From an uncultured Phycisphaerales bacterium (lineage in GTDB: Bacteria; Planctomycetota; Phycisphaerae; Tepidisphaerales; Tepidisphaeraceae): a DNA stretch of 64,000 bases. A program made the translations under genes and the position numbers. Of the stretch, positions 1 through 11,098 are shown piece by piece (within the stretch, counting starts at the first letter, position 1; every line of letters starts with the position of its first letter). The DNA lies in NCBI GenBank assembly GCA_963755915.1, contig CAVWLP010000002.1, forward strand, positions 768,001-832,000. Direction: 5' to 3'. Under the pieces are notes generated by a model. That model saw nothing but the letters and a program-made list of their open reading frames with translations. It searched no databases and had not been told where the DNA came from.

Positions 1-13
1 TTTTTTCACGGCC

Positions 14-804
14 TCACCCCTTGGCTTGCATCGATTTCACCAACGCGGCGGCGGAGGCACCTTCGACGGAAAGTCCGTAACCAACCTCCCGCACGATACG
101 TTCCTTGAGCGGCTGAATGAAGTGGATGCGCGTGTCGCGGCGCGTTACTTCGGCGCCTTCAAATACAACCTGGCCAATTCCTGCGCCCGGATGAGCGCCT
201 TGCCGTTGGGCACCACCTCGGCAACGACGCCCCACTCGTGTGCGATACGGGCCGTGAGCGGCCGCGGGTTCAACAGGAAAGCTTCCGCCCGTCCCGCGCC
301 CGCGCGATAACTCCAAGCGGTAAAGATTCCATCGCCAGGCACAACACCCGCGGCGAAGTGGCCCACATCCTGGAAGGTCGCGCCCTCGGCCGCCACAATG
401 ACGTTGGCCAGCAGCGCGTACTCAGAATGGATATGGGCCCGCCCCTCGATGGCCGCGATGACCGGCACGCGTATATTGGCGATGTTTTCCAAAACCTGAG
501 CCCCTTCGTCATGGATCTGGCTCCAAACGCCGGGATCGGAGACGTTTTTGAAAGACTCCCAATCGACGCCAACCATGAAGTCGCCGCCGGCGCCGGTGAG
601 GATGACGATCTTGTTCGCCCGATCCTGGGAAATCCGGTAGAACGCATCGACGACATCGGTATGGGCCTGTGCGGTGAAAGTAAGCGGTCCGCCGTCGCTA
701 TGAAACGCGACGACCAGCACGCCCTCCGCATCCCGGGTCAACTTCAGGTTGTTATAAGCATTGAAGTAGTTGTCTGCAAATGTCTGCATGATGTTCTCCT
801 TCAC
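14..804 (-). CDS. Enoyl-CoA hydratase/isomerase family protein (frameshift near 150)
   Basis: Crotonase-like motifs (IVILTGAGGDF, PVIAAIEG, GVVPGDG, EWGVVAEVV). The C-terminus EVTRRDTRIHFIQPLK continues in the 14..316 frame. Confidence 0.85.
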
Positions 805-1163
805 GGTTTTTGGGTATCGGGCTGAGCATTCACGCCAATGAGTTCGTTACAAAAATAATACCGCTCGCTGTTTTCGTGCTGAAGAATCAATAACCATCGA
901 ATGTTTTCGTAAGGTGACAATAGGCCGCGCGTTTGGGAAGTTCAATTGGGATGGGAAATCGCCGTAGGAACCACGCGGTAGACATTGACGCTTTGCCAGC
1001 GATCTGCGCGGGAGAACTAAAGGTGAGGCTCCGCCGTCTTGCGAAGCACCCCAATTCTCAAATCTGAAATCCCCCGGCGTCCCGTACAACGTCCCGCAAA
1101 AACCAGCGTCAACCCGGGTGCTTTGCGTTGTCGGCCATACTCAGTCACTTGTAAACTATCGCA

Positions 1164-1670
1164 ATGGCAGATCGACGAACATTCGCTTCCGTCACCAACA
1201 CACCGTGTACGTGTAACTATCTGCAACACGCGGCCGAAGATCCAGATGTGCCCATTGTGTTCGACCCGCGGGGCGGCGAGTTCGAGTTTGATTCGGGGTC
1301 GTACAAAATAACGATCTACCACTGCCCCTTCTGCGGCGGCGCCGCACCGGAATCGAAGCGTCACCTGCTTTTCGCGGTCATTCCCTCAGACGAGGAGCAG
1401 CGATTGGCGAACTTGCTCGCGCCCGTAAAGAGGGTGCGCAGCGCCCTGAAGCGGCTGGGCAAGCCGCAACGTGACAATCCAGCCGGAGCACTGGCGAAGT
1501 CCTTCGAGCTGGACGGCGATCCCCCCACCATCCACCATTTTCGTACGCTGCTTTACGAGCATCTGTCCGAGGTCGCGGACGTTTGGATTGCCGAGCGATC
1601 CGACGGCTCCGTTCACTGGTGGTTGCAGGGCAAAAATATTGGTTCGCAATCGTCTGGCAGCCAGAAATAA
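1164..1670 (+). CDS. Hypothetical Cys-rich protein (CxC and CPFCG motifs, DUF6980-like)
   Basis: 168-aa ORF containing IYHCPFCGGAAPESKR and normal globular composition. Confidence 0.6.
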   Translation: MADRRTFASVTNTPCTCNYLQHAAEDPDVPIVFDPRGGEFEFDSGSYKITIYHCPFCGGAAPESKRHLLFAVIPSDEEQRLANLLAPVKRVRSALKRLGKPQRDNPAGALAKSFELDGDPPTIHHFRTLLYEHLSEVADVWIAERSDGSVHWWLQGKNIGSQSSGSQK

Positions 1671-1807
1671 GAAGGACGCCGTCTGTTTCGCTGTTTCGGC
1701 CGGGCGCACGGCAAGCGAAAACGAATCGGGTCTTGCCCCTTCCGTTATTCAACAGGCTGTGAAAAAACCGTGCGAAATCCGGAACCGGCAAAGAGCGCGA
1801 AAACCCA

Positions 1808-2658
1808 TTAAACCGTCCGGCGTCGTGCCAGCAGGCCCGAAATTCCCAAAGCGAGCACAGTTAGCGAAGCCGGCTCGGGAACGGAATTGAACGTGAAATC
1901 GGTGATGTCCTGCTGCGAATACCCGCCTCCGGTTCCACCGGTGAATCCAACGTACGCGGTTGATCCCCCCACCGCGCCCACGATGTCCGCTGGAAATGAA
2001 GTCATATAAACGTCACTCGTCGTCTCATCCGTCAGCGTTTCGCTGAGAGACGAGCCGTCGTAACTGAGTTGCACCAGGATCGGATCGCCGTCGACGAGAT
2101 CGACCGGATCGGTCGGCGTTGCCGAACCGAAATCCGCGGCGCCGCCAGTGTCGTATTCAATGGCCCCAGTGCCGTTACGCAGATAGAACTCGATCGCCGC
2201 GCTGGGCGTGATCGCCTGAAGCGGCGGGCCTGACGGCGGCTCGTTGTGTTTTGCAATCCGTATCCCAAACCAGCGCCACCGCCGCCGATCGCGCTCGTCC
2301 CACGCGAATCGTTTTGCAGAACAAACGAGAATCCGTCGGCCGAGCCGAACTGCTGATCCGAGTTCTGGAAAATGAACTGGGCGGTGAATGAACCAATCGA
2401 TTGCGGCGTGTTGTAAAACGCGGCTCGCGCTTCACCCATACTGGACGTCGTTATCGTCAGATCACCGCTGCTGATCGTCGGCGGATTCGTATCGATGATG
2501 TCGCCGACAGGATCCTGTGTGTAGCCAGTCAACGTATAGTCGCTTCCATCACCGAAACCGGAAATCGATGCGAAGGCGGATCGACCCGTCAGGCCGGCGA
2601 TCGCAATCGCGCCTGGAACACATCCGAGCCGGAGGGCCCTGTATAAATAGTGATGCAC
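1808..2658 (-). CDS. PEP-CTERM protein with legume-lectin (L-type)-like domain (frameshift near 2250)
   Basis: GTG start at 2658 after AAGGGAAGGG; signal peptide; ADGFSFVLQN and AYVGFTGGTGG lectin-like motifs; C-terminal VPEPASLTVLALGISGLLARRR. Confidence 0.8.
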
Positions 2659-3400
2659 GTTTTCCCTTCCCTTAATAAGGCTGAAGTGACTCTGGGAACA
2701 CTCCGTTTCCCAAACCCAATTCGATACGTCGGCTTGTAAATTGTCGCCCGATGAATTGCAAGAAATTTTCTTGACTTTCCCTCCAACTTTCGAAATTTTC
2801 TTTAGGCGAAATGCGACAGACCGCCGACCTATTGCGACATCCGTGAGGCGTTTTTTTTCGGACTGAACGGGCGGAAAACGAGCGAAAATCGACCTCAACG
2901 CCCCCTGCCGAGGTGGTTATCTTGAACACAGCGATTTTCGGTCTTTTTTTGGCCCGATGGCAAACTGGGGGATTTGACCGGCAGAAATGCCTTTCATCAA
3001 CCGGGGAAAAATGATAGGGAGTGAAACCGCACCGGGGGCGATTTTCCCGCATACATCTGCACGAACCAAAAGAACGCGAGCCGCTACCCGTTGCTTTCCT
3101 TTTACTCCGCTTCCGTCCACCAGCGCGGCCTCTTGCGGAAAGCAGACTCTTTTGCCAACATCGCGCGAACTGTACCTTTTGGCCCCATCGGAATCGTCGG
3201 CTATTAAGGAAGCGATTTGCAAGTAGTTGATTTCATAAGTGATTCGCTTGTAGACAGAATTCTACAATTTTGACGGCAACTCCCGCAAGATCACGGAATC
3301 GCCCGACGATCGCCGCACTAGTCAAGCGCCAAAAGAAATCAGAATTGCTCCAGATAAGGCTGCCCGTTGTTTCGCGGTCCAGCCAGAGCAACCCCAAATC

Positions 3401-3434
3401 GATATCATTGATATCAATGATATCATTGATATCA
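3401..3434. repeat. Tandem 9-bp repeat GATATCA(T/A)T, about 4 units
   Basis: gatatcatt gatatcaat gatatcatt gatatca. Confidence 0.8.
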
Positions 3435-3545
3435 CGAAAAGTGCCTACTTAATCTACCCAGATACCCCATCTTATTGCGGGCTGTAACCTTTTGTACTGA
3501 TGCCCCCGCGCCCGAAATTCTTTTCTCGCAACTCGCAACTCGTAC

Positions 3546-4817
3546 TTAAAAGTATTCCCGACAAAACGGCACAGGCCCGGCAGCGAAGATGTCGAGCAGC
3601 GCGGCCGCAGCGGGGTTGCTCGCCTTCGCCAATCTCAGTCGCACCGCTTCGCTGGCGATGATGTCGCCGGTGGCGATGGCGGCCCAGTGCTTGTCCGGGC
3701 ATTCGAAATCGGCATCTCCGCCAGCGGGGGACGCGGTGGCGCGGCCGGATTCGATATCTACGCGGAAACGCGACACTGTTCCTTCGCATTCGGCAATCGC
3801 GATCGTCACCCGGCCATTGGCGCGATCGGGCAGGTGCAGGGACTCGAGGAACTTGCGGTGATCGAGGATGCGAAGCTGCAACCGTGTGTACGGCCGCACC
3901 TCGGCGGCCGGATGATCGACCGGGCGATGGGGGATTTGCGGCTCGCGGAGGAGGCGATTTACCTGCCAGTCAATCGGAGTGGTGATGTTGGCGATGGAGA
4001 ACTGATCGCGCATGGTGGCCAAGAAGCCGAGCAGCGAGCGGAAATCATCGGGGGAATCGGCGGACCAGGCGGCGATTTTGAGGGAGTTGCGGCCGGCGTG
4101 GGGTTCGTGGTTGATCAGGGCGCAAGCGCGGACGGGGCCGCTGGGGTCGGTGCCGGTTTCATTGGGGCGGAGGACGAAGAGCATGCCGTCGTCTTCGACG
4201 CGCAGGCGGGCGGTCCAGCGCTGCGCGTCCCACTCGATGTCGCATTGGCCGGATTGGACGCCTCGCTGCCACTGGTCGGCGAGGGGGGGGCGGTCCCCCG
4301 GTTCGATGAATTTCCAGCCGGTGGTGTCGGACTCGGGGATTGTGGAGAGGGGGATGGTCCATTCGGCGCGGCGTTCGACGATGCCAAAGCCGAAGTGCTC
4401 GTAGAAGGAGACGCGGAAGGGCATGAGGGCGGAGAGGACATACTGGCGGTCGCGGGCGTGGCGGAGGATCTCGTGCATGATCTGGGAGCCGACGCCTTCT
4501 TTGTCGCCTTTGTTTGGGCCGGTGCGTCGGCGCGAGGTTTTGGCGGCGCCAACCCAGGCGACGCCCTGGCAGGAGAGAGGGGCGCCGCGGAGCCACATGG
4601 TCAGGGGGAGGCTGGTGGCGGTGCCGACGGGATTGCCCGCCTGCTCGGCGAGGAGGTATTGGCCGACGCCGGCCCAGGGGCCGGTTTGAAGATGCTCCTT
4701 GAGGCGGGCAAGATCCTTGCCGGTATGGCTGTAGCACATCCAGCGGGTTTGGGCGACCCGATCGAGTTCGTCAGTTCCGACCCAGCGGAGAGTGGTGGGC
4801 ATTTGCGTACCCTGCAC
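3546..4817 (-). CDS. Eis-like GNAT N-acetyltransferase with C-terminal SCP2-like domain
   Basis: GVAWVG..RR..GVGSQIM, LSALMPFRVSFYEHFGFG, QLRILD and a C-terminal PFCREYF typical of the Eis family. Confidence 0.85.
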   Translation of the reverse strand: MQGTQMPTTLRWVGTDELDRVAQTRWMCYSHTGKDLARLKEHLQTGPWAGVGQYLLAEQAGNPVGTATSLPLTMWLRGAPLSCQGVAWVGAAKTSRRRTGPNKGDKEGVGSQIMHEILRHARDRQYVLSALMPFRVSFYEHFGFGIVERRAEWTIPLSTIPESDTTGWKFIEPGDRPPLADQWQRGVQSGQCDIEWDAQRWTARLRVEDDGMLFVLRPNETGTDPSGPVRACALINHEPHAGRNSLKIAAWSADSPDDFRSLLGFLATMRDQFSIANITTPIDWQVNRLLREPQIPHRPVDHPAAEVRPYTRLQLRILDHRKFLESLHLPDRANGRVTIAIAECEGTVSRFRVDIESGRATASPAGGDADFECPDKHWAAIATGDIIASEAVRLRLAKASNPAAAALLDIFAAGPVPFCREYF

Positions 4818-5025
4818 TTTATCATGCCGGGTAAGGCATGGAAGAGTGATGCTTACGAGCGACAGAGCCTCCGGTGGGTCACGGGGATTTTCGGGATTTT
4901 GCTGGACAGGGAAGGAACCGGGCGATTAGCATCCGCCTTCCGCGGCGACCGGCGGGTTCGACCGGTCCATGAACATTTCAGCGCTGGTCCGTGCCCTCGA
5001 TACATTTCAAAAAGGAGAGAAGAAA

Positions 5026-6790
5026 ATGCGAAGACTTCGTCGATCCAGGTCCAGGGTTTTACATTGCGCCATTGCAGGATTCGGCACCGCGGCCGCGGCG
5101 GGGGCTTACGGTCAGGTTAATTTGCTGGCGAATGGGGGGTTTGAGAATCCGTCGGTGCCGGGTGCGCCAACTGATCAGGCTACTCATGTACAGCCGATTG
5201 GATGGGGGTTGTATGGCAATGCTTATCGGGCGAACTATTACAACAATACACCCAACGGTGGGGAGTGGAGCATCTGGCTTCAGGCGTGGCAGGCACTGGA
5301 GGAGTCTATCAGACCTACACGGGAGGCGTCACCGATGGCGCCACCTATACGCTGAGCACTACTGGCTTTTTGAGGCGAATTATCCGGCGACGGGCGCCGA
5401 GAGCGATCTGCAGATCTCCTGGCTCAACAACAGCGGGAATGAAGTCGGGACGCCGGCGCAACTGGTGATCGAGCCGGGCCAGGTGACGGCCAACGAGACG
5501 TGGTCGCAGTACCAGGTTTCGGGCGTCGCGCCCGCGGGGGCGACGCAGATAATCGCGGAGTTTGACCTTTTGAGCAACGACACTGACGCCTTCGGCGCAC
5601 AATCCGCGTTTGTCGATGATGCGAGCCTCACGGGGCCGGGCACTCCACCGGCTAACTACTGGGCCGCATCCGGCTCGGGACAATGGCAAGGGGATGTGAA
5701 CTGGTCAAATGGAACGGTCAACATGGGCGTTGGAGCGGATTCGGAATTCCTGGGCGAGATCACGGCCCCGAGCAATGTTTATACGGACACGGCGATAACG
5801 ACGGGGACGATTCACTTCAACAGTCCATACGAATATGTGCTGGACGGGGCGGGAAGTTTGACGCTGCAGGTGAGCACAGGCAGCGCGCTGGTGAAGGTGG
5901 ACCAGGCGACCGATGAGATCAACCTGCCGACGACGATTGCCAGCAATACGGTTTTCAACGTGGCAACGGGAGCGACGCTGGAGATCGGGAACCCGATGAC
6001 GATCAACTCGGGAACGAGCGTGACGCAGACCGGGGGCGGGAAAGTCGTTTACAACTCGATCATCAATGTGGCAAGCGGCGGAGCCGCGATCGTGATGGGC
6101 AATTCGACGCAGGCGAATACGCTGGAAGTGGGGACGGCAAGCACGGCGACGATCAGCGGGAGCGGTAACATCGTGCAGGTGGGTACGCTTTCTAATTCGG
6201 GGTTGATCGATATCACGCAGAATGAGCTTTTGATCAGCTACCTGCCGGGAAACGATCCGGATGCAAGCATCGCCGCGGAGATCAAAGGCGGTTATAACAA
6301 TGGCGGGTGGAACGGGAGCAGCGGGATTTTGTCGAGTTCGGCGCGAACGCTGACGAACGGGTTTCGTTACGGCGTTGGGTGGGCAGACGGGGCCGATCAC
6401 CAGGCGAGCGGCATCACGTCGGGACAGATTGAGATCAAATACACGCTGCTTGGGGACGCGAACCTGGACGGCGCGGTGAATGGGACTGACTTTTCGATTT
6501 TGGCGTCGAACTTTGGGCTGGGATTGACGAACTGGGACCAGGGAAATTTTTTGTTCACGAGCGCGGTTAACGGCGCCGACTTCGCGGCGATGGCGGCGAA
6601 TTTTGGGCAGGGAGACAGCAACGCAGGGGCGATTGTGTCACCGGCGGACATTGCCGCATTGGATGCGTTCGCGGCGGCGAATGGATTGCCTGCGCCGACG
6701 ATTGGTGCGGTGCCGGAGCCGGCGACGGTTGGGGTGCTGGGGCTGGGCGCGGCAGGGTTGATCGTGCGGCGGCGGCAAAGGAATGTGTGA
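5026..6790 (+). CDS. PEP-CTERM protein with CBM-like N-terminus and dockerin-like repeats (two frameshifts at about 5290-5360)
   Basis: AAGGAG RBS and ATG at 5026; NLLANGGFE; GDANLDGAVNGTDF; VPEPATVGVLGLGAAGLIVRRRQR. Confidence 0.8.
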
Positions 6791-6826
6791 ATGGAATTGT
6801 GAATAGTGAATAGTGAATAGTGAATT
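6787..6826. repeat. Heptamer tandem repeat (GTGAATA)n between convergent genes
   Basis: gtgaatggaattgtgaatagtgaatagtgaatagtgaatt. Confidence 0.7.
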
Positions 6827-9527
6827 AAAAATAGTAATCTCCCGATCCGATTTCGTGGACCTGGGGCGCGGCGCCAGCGAAGCCAGGGACGTAGACTGTT
6901 GCGGTGGTGTTACACGGGATGGTCACCTGGAGCATGAAGTGATCGGCGGAGATTTGCCAGCGGGATTTGATGGGGCCGTAGGGGGAATCGTAGGAGGCGG
7001 AGGCGGAGGTTAATCCACCGCCGGGCTGGGGGCGGATGATGATGTGTTTGAATCCGGGGGAGGCGGGGTCGAGGTTGATGCCGGCGATGGTTTCGTACAT
7101 CCACTGGCCGCAGGAGCCGAGGGAGTAGTGGTTGAAGGAGTTCATCTCGGGGGTTTGGAAGCCTTTGTCGGGGGTCCAGCCGTCCCAGCGTTCCCAGATG
7201 GTGGTGGCGCCCTGCTTGATGGGGAAGAGCCAGGAAGGGAAGGTGTCCTGGAGGATGAGGCGGTAGGCGGTGTCGGTAGCGCCAAATTGGGTGAGGATGG
7301 GGAGGATGAAGCTGACGCCGACGAAGCCGGTGGTGATGTGGTCGTGCTTGGCGGCGATGTTTTCGAGGAGATATTGGATGGCGCACTGCTGCATCGGGGG
7401 GTCGAGGAGGCCGAATTCGAGGGGGACGACGTAGGCGGTTTGGGTGTTACCTTTGATTTTGCCGTCGGGTGAGACGAATTTTTGGTTGAAGGCGGCGCGG
7501 ATGTTTTGGAAGAGCTGGTGGTATTTATCGGCGTCGGCGTTGTTGCCGATGGCGCGGGCCATGCGCGACAGGAGATCGGCGCTGTGTGCGAAATAGGCGG
7601 TGGCGAGGAGATCCTTGGGGGTTTCCTCGTTGGTGTTGAGCCAGTCGCCATAGCCTTTGTCGGGGCGGATAAAGTTGGTGCTGTGGGCCTGGAGGTAGTC
7701 GAGGTAGCGGACCATGGAGGGGTATTGGCGCTGGATGATTCGGGTGTCGGCGTAGACCTGGTAGATGGTCCAGGGGCAGATGATTCCGGCATCGGCCCAG
7801 GCGGCGGTTCCTTCGCCGGCCTGTTTGCGCGGGCGGGGGCTGATGTCGGTGTAAGCGCCGTTTTCAGCCTGAGCATCGGCGACTTCGATCAGCCAGTTGT
7901 TGAAGAACTCGCGGACGTCGCAGTTCCAGGCGGCAGTGCGGATGAAGACCTGGGCGTCGCCCATCCAGCCGAAGCGCTCGTCGCGCTGGGGGCAATCGGT
8001 GGGGATGGAGAGGAAATTTCCGCGCTGGCCCCAGACGATATTGCTGTAGAGGCGGTTGAGGAGCGGGTTGGAGCATTCCCATGAGCCGGCTTGCGGATTG
8101 GCGGAGCCGATGACGATGCCGGTGAGCATGGCGGGGCTGGGGGTGGAGGGATATCCGGTCAGTTCGGCGTAGCGGAAGCCGTGGAAGGTGAATTTTGGTT
8201 GCCAGGATTCGTCGCCTTCGCCTTTGAAGATATAGGTGTCGGTGGCGGCGGCGGAGCGAAGGTTTTCGGTGTAGACGGTTCCGTCGGGGTTGAGCATTTC
8301 GGCGAAGCGGAGGGTGATTTTGGTGCCGCGGGGCGCCGATGCGGCGAGGCGGGCGACGCCGACCATATTCTGGCCGAAATCAAAGACCCAGTGGGCCGGC
8401 TTGGGCTGGGAGATCTGAACGGGGTAGATCTCAAGCAGTTTTTTGACCGGCGGGGCGATTTGGGCTTCCATTTGCGGATGGGCATCGCGGAGGGAGGCGG
8501 GTTGCCAGGAGGAATCGTCGAATCCGGTGGCGTTCCAGGCGGGAGAGTCCTGGGGGGGTTCCTGAGTGGCGTCGTAGTCTTCGCCGTCCTGGAGGTCGGA
8601 CTTGAGGATGGGGCCAGTGGCGGTGCGCCAGGTTTTGTCGGTGGCGATGAGATCGTGGGAGCCGTCGGCGTAGTCGATCATGAGCTGCATGCGGAGGGCG
8701 GGGCGAGGGCCGTAGGATTGGTTGCCGATCCAACCGATGTTGCCGGAGTACCAGCCGTCGCCGAGGAGTGCGCTGATGACGTTATCGCCGGAGGAAAGCA
8801 GCGCGGTGACGTCGTAGGTTTGATAGCGGACGCGATGGAGGTAGTCGGTCCAGTCGGGCGCGAAAAGGGCGTCGCCGACTTTTTGGCCGTTGATCCACGA
8901 ATCGTATAAGCCCAGTGCGGAGGCGTAGAGGCGGGCGCGAAGGATGGGCTTGTTGACGGTGAAGGTTTTGCGGAATTGACCCGGGCGATTGGCTTTGAAA
9001 TTGTGGCGTTCCTTGTGGATATCCGACCAGTGGTTGGGAACGTGTGCGGGGCTTTTCTCCTGGGCCTGGGGGAAATCGATCCAACTGGATTTCCAGTCGG
9101 AGGGGTTCAGGAGGCCCATTTCCCACTCGTCGGGGGAACTCCAGGCCTCGCGGCCGGTGCTGTCCCAGACTTCGACTTTCCAGAAGCAGGTTTGGGAGGA
9201 AGTGAGAGGTGGGCCGGCGTAGGGGACGTTGATGCTCTGGTCGGATTGGATTTTTCCGGAGTCCCATATGTCGGCGCGGTTTTGGGAAAGCAACTGCGGG
9301 GTCGAGGCGACGAGGATTTGGTAGGCGGATTGCATGGTGCCCTGCTGGGCGGATTGCAACTGCCAACTGAGGAGGGGCTGGGGGACGTCGATGCCGAGAG
9401 GGGAGGTTTTATTTTCGCAGCGGAGGTTGGCGATCTGGAGGTCGGAGCCGCCTGTTGCTGCGTGGGTGATTGTTGAAATCAAAATGCCTCCGATCAGGAT
9501 CGTCGCGAACCGGGAAAATCCAAGCAT
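6825..9527 (-). CDS. Secreted alpha-L-rhamnosidase (GH78)
   Basis: Signal peptide; PTDCPQRDERFGWMGD, FTFHGFRY, GATTIWERWD and MNSFNHY motifs. Confidence 0.95.
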   Translation of the reverse strand: MLGFSRFATILIGGILISTITHAATGGSDLQIANLRCENKTSPLGIDVPQPLLSWQLQSAQQGTMQSAYQILVASTPQLLSQNRADIWDSGKIQSDQSINVPYAGPPLTSSQTCFWKVEVWDSTGREAWSSPDEWEMGLLNPSDWKSSWIDFPQAQEKSPAHVPNHWSDIHKERHNFKANRPGQFRKTFTVNKPILRARLYASALGLYDSWINGQKVGDALFAPDWTDYLHRVRYQTYDVTALLSSGDNVISALLGDGWYSGNIGWIGNQSYGPRPALRMQLMIDYADGSHDLIATDKTWRTATGPILKSDLQDGEDYDATQEPPQDSPAWNATGFDDSSWQPASLRDAHPQMEAQIAPPVKKLLEIYPVQISQPKPAHWVFDFGQNMVGVARLAASAPRGTKITLRFAEMLNPDGTVYTENLRSAAATDTYIFKGEGDESWQPKFTFHGFRYAELTGYPSTPSPAMLTGIVIGSANPQAGSWECSNPLLNRLYSNIVWGQRGNFLSIPTDCPQRDERFGWMGDAQVFIRTAAWNCDVREFFNNWLIEVADAQAENGAYTDISPRPRKQAGEGTAAWADAGIICPWTIYQVYADTRIIQRQYPSMVRYLDYLQAHSTNFIRPDKGYGDWLNTNEETPKDLLATAYFAHSADLLSRMARAIGNNADADKYHQLFQNIRAAFNQKFVSPDGKIKGNTQTAYVVPLEFGLLDPPMQQCAIQYLLENIAAKHDHITTGFVGVSFILPILTQFGATDTAYRLILQDTFPSWLFPIKQGATTIWERWDGWTPDKGFQTPEMNSFNHYSLGSCGQWMYETIAGINLDPASPGFKHIIIRPQPGGGLTSASASYDSPYGPIKSRWQISADHFMLQVTIPCNTTATVYVPGFAGAAPQVHEIGSGDYYF

Positions 9528-9616
9528 GGTTCCTCGTTTTAGTGGGGGGATGAGGGTAACCGAACCTGCGGTGGGATGAAAATGGGATGGAGGGAGAATA
9601 GATTATTGAGGGTTGC

Positions 9617-10319
9617 ATGGACAAACTTCGTATAGTTTCGGCGACGCGCGAGCCACTGAGCGGGTTCGTGAATTCGACGCTTCTGGGGCGGTCGATCAAG
9701 AACCTGGCCTGGGATTCGCGGATTGAGACGGACATCACCTGCTCGAACACGCTGGGGCTGCCGCATATTTACAATCGGGCGATCGAAGAATCGAAGGACG
9801 ATCAGACGCTGCTGTTCGTGCACGATGACATCATCATCGATGATTATCATTTGTTCACGCGGCTTGAGGATGCCCTTAAGGCCTTCGATGTGGTGGGAGT
9901 GATCGGAAACACGCGGCCCGCGCCCAATCAACTGACCTGGACGCACACGCTCGATGAGAACAAGGGGTTCAAGCCGTGCGAGCGGTCGGTGCTGAGCGGG
10001 ATCATAGGACAGATCGACAACAACAACCAGCGCGTGTTCGCGTATTACGGGGTTTTTCCGCAGGCTTGCGCTGCTGGACGGGTGCTTTCTGGCGGCGAAG
10101 GGGGCGGTGCTGCGGGAGAGGGGAATCCGGTTTGACGTGCAGTTTGATTTCCATTTTTATGATTTGGATTTCTGCCGGACGTGTAGGAAAAACGGCCTGA
10201 GTCTGGGAACCTGGCCGATCGCGATCACACATAAAAGCTGGGGGAATTTTGACAACCCGCAGTGGAAAGCGGCGCTAGCGCTGTACGATCGGAAATGGGG
10301 GCCGGGCGCGGTCCGATAA
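9617..10319 (+). CDS. GT-A fold glycosyltransferase-like protein (frameshift near 10070)
   Basis: YNRAI, LFVHDDI, then LDGCFLA and FDFHFYDLDFC in the downstream frame. Confidence 0.75.
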
Positions 10320-10459
10320 AATGGGCCCGGGGGGCGAATCCCTTGGTCGATGCTCTTGGTATGGGGGCGGAAAATGTGGTATTCTGGGTGGCACAAGTCG
10401 TCCCATCAGCACCGTGATACGATAACATTTGGAACTGCCGAGTCGTTGAGGATTTTGCG

Positions 10460-11098
10460 ATGCGCCGGATTGTGGTTGTGGGAACAAGCTGCTCAGGCAA
10501 GACGATGATGGCGAAGTCCATCGCCCGGGCGCTGGGGCTGGGGCATTATGAGATTGATTCGCTGGTGTGGGGGCCAAAGTGGTCGCTGCCGTCGGAGGAG
10601 GCGCTGCTGAGGCAGGTGGATGAATATACATCCGGGGATCGATGGGTGATTGACGGGGTTTTTCCGGAGCATCGGAAGATGGTCTGGTCGCGAGCAGACA
10701 CGGTGGTGTGGCTGAATTATCCGCTGTCGGTGGTGTTTCCGCGGGCCTTTTGGCGGACGATCAAGCGGTGCATCACGCGGGAGCAGCTGGGGAGCCATAA
10801 CGTGGAGACCTGGCGGCGGACGTTTTTGTCGCGGAATTCGCAATTGCTGTGGGTGCTGCAGACGTGGCGGAAACGTCGGCGGGATTATCCGAAGATTATG
10901 AGGCGGCCTGAGTTTGGTCACGTTCGGTTTATCGAGCTGAAGACGCCGGGGCAGGCAGAGGCGTTTTTGAGCAGATTGCCGGGGGCGGTGGTGAAAACGG
11001 GTGGGGGCGTTGGGATGGAAAAACCGATGAAGAGCGCAGCGCCGGCTGCATCGGCCGCTTGGCGGAATCATGGACCAGCGAGCCAAGTCCCGGCCTGA
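10460..11098 (+). CDS. Adenylate kinase-like / FlaR-type P-loop protein
   Basis: RIVVVGTSCSGKT, WVIDG, RADTVVWLNYP. Confidence 0.85.
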   Translation: MRRIVVVGTSCSGKTMMAKSIARALGLGHYEIDSLVWGPKWSLPSEEALLRQVDEYTSGDRWVIDGVFPEHRKMVWSRADTVVWLNYPLSVVFPRAFWRTIKRCITREQLGSHNVETWRRTFLSRNSQLLWVLQTWRKRRRDYPKIMRRPEFGHVRFIELKTPGQAEAFLSRLPGAVVKTGGGVGMEKPMKSAAPAASAAWRNHGPASQVPA

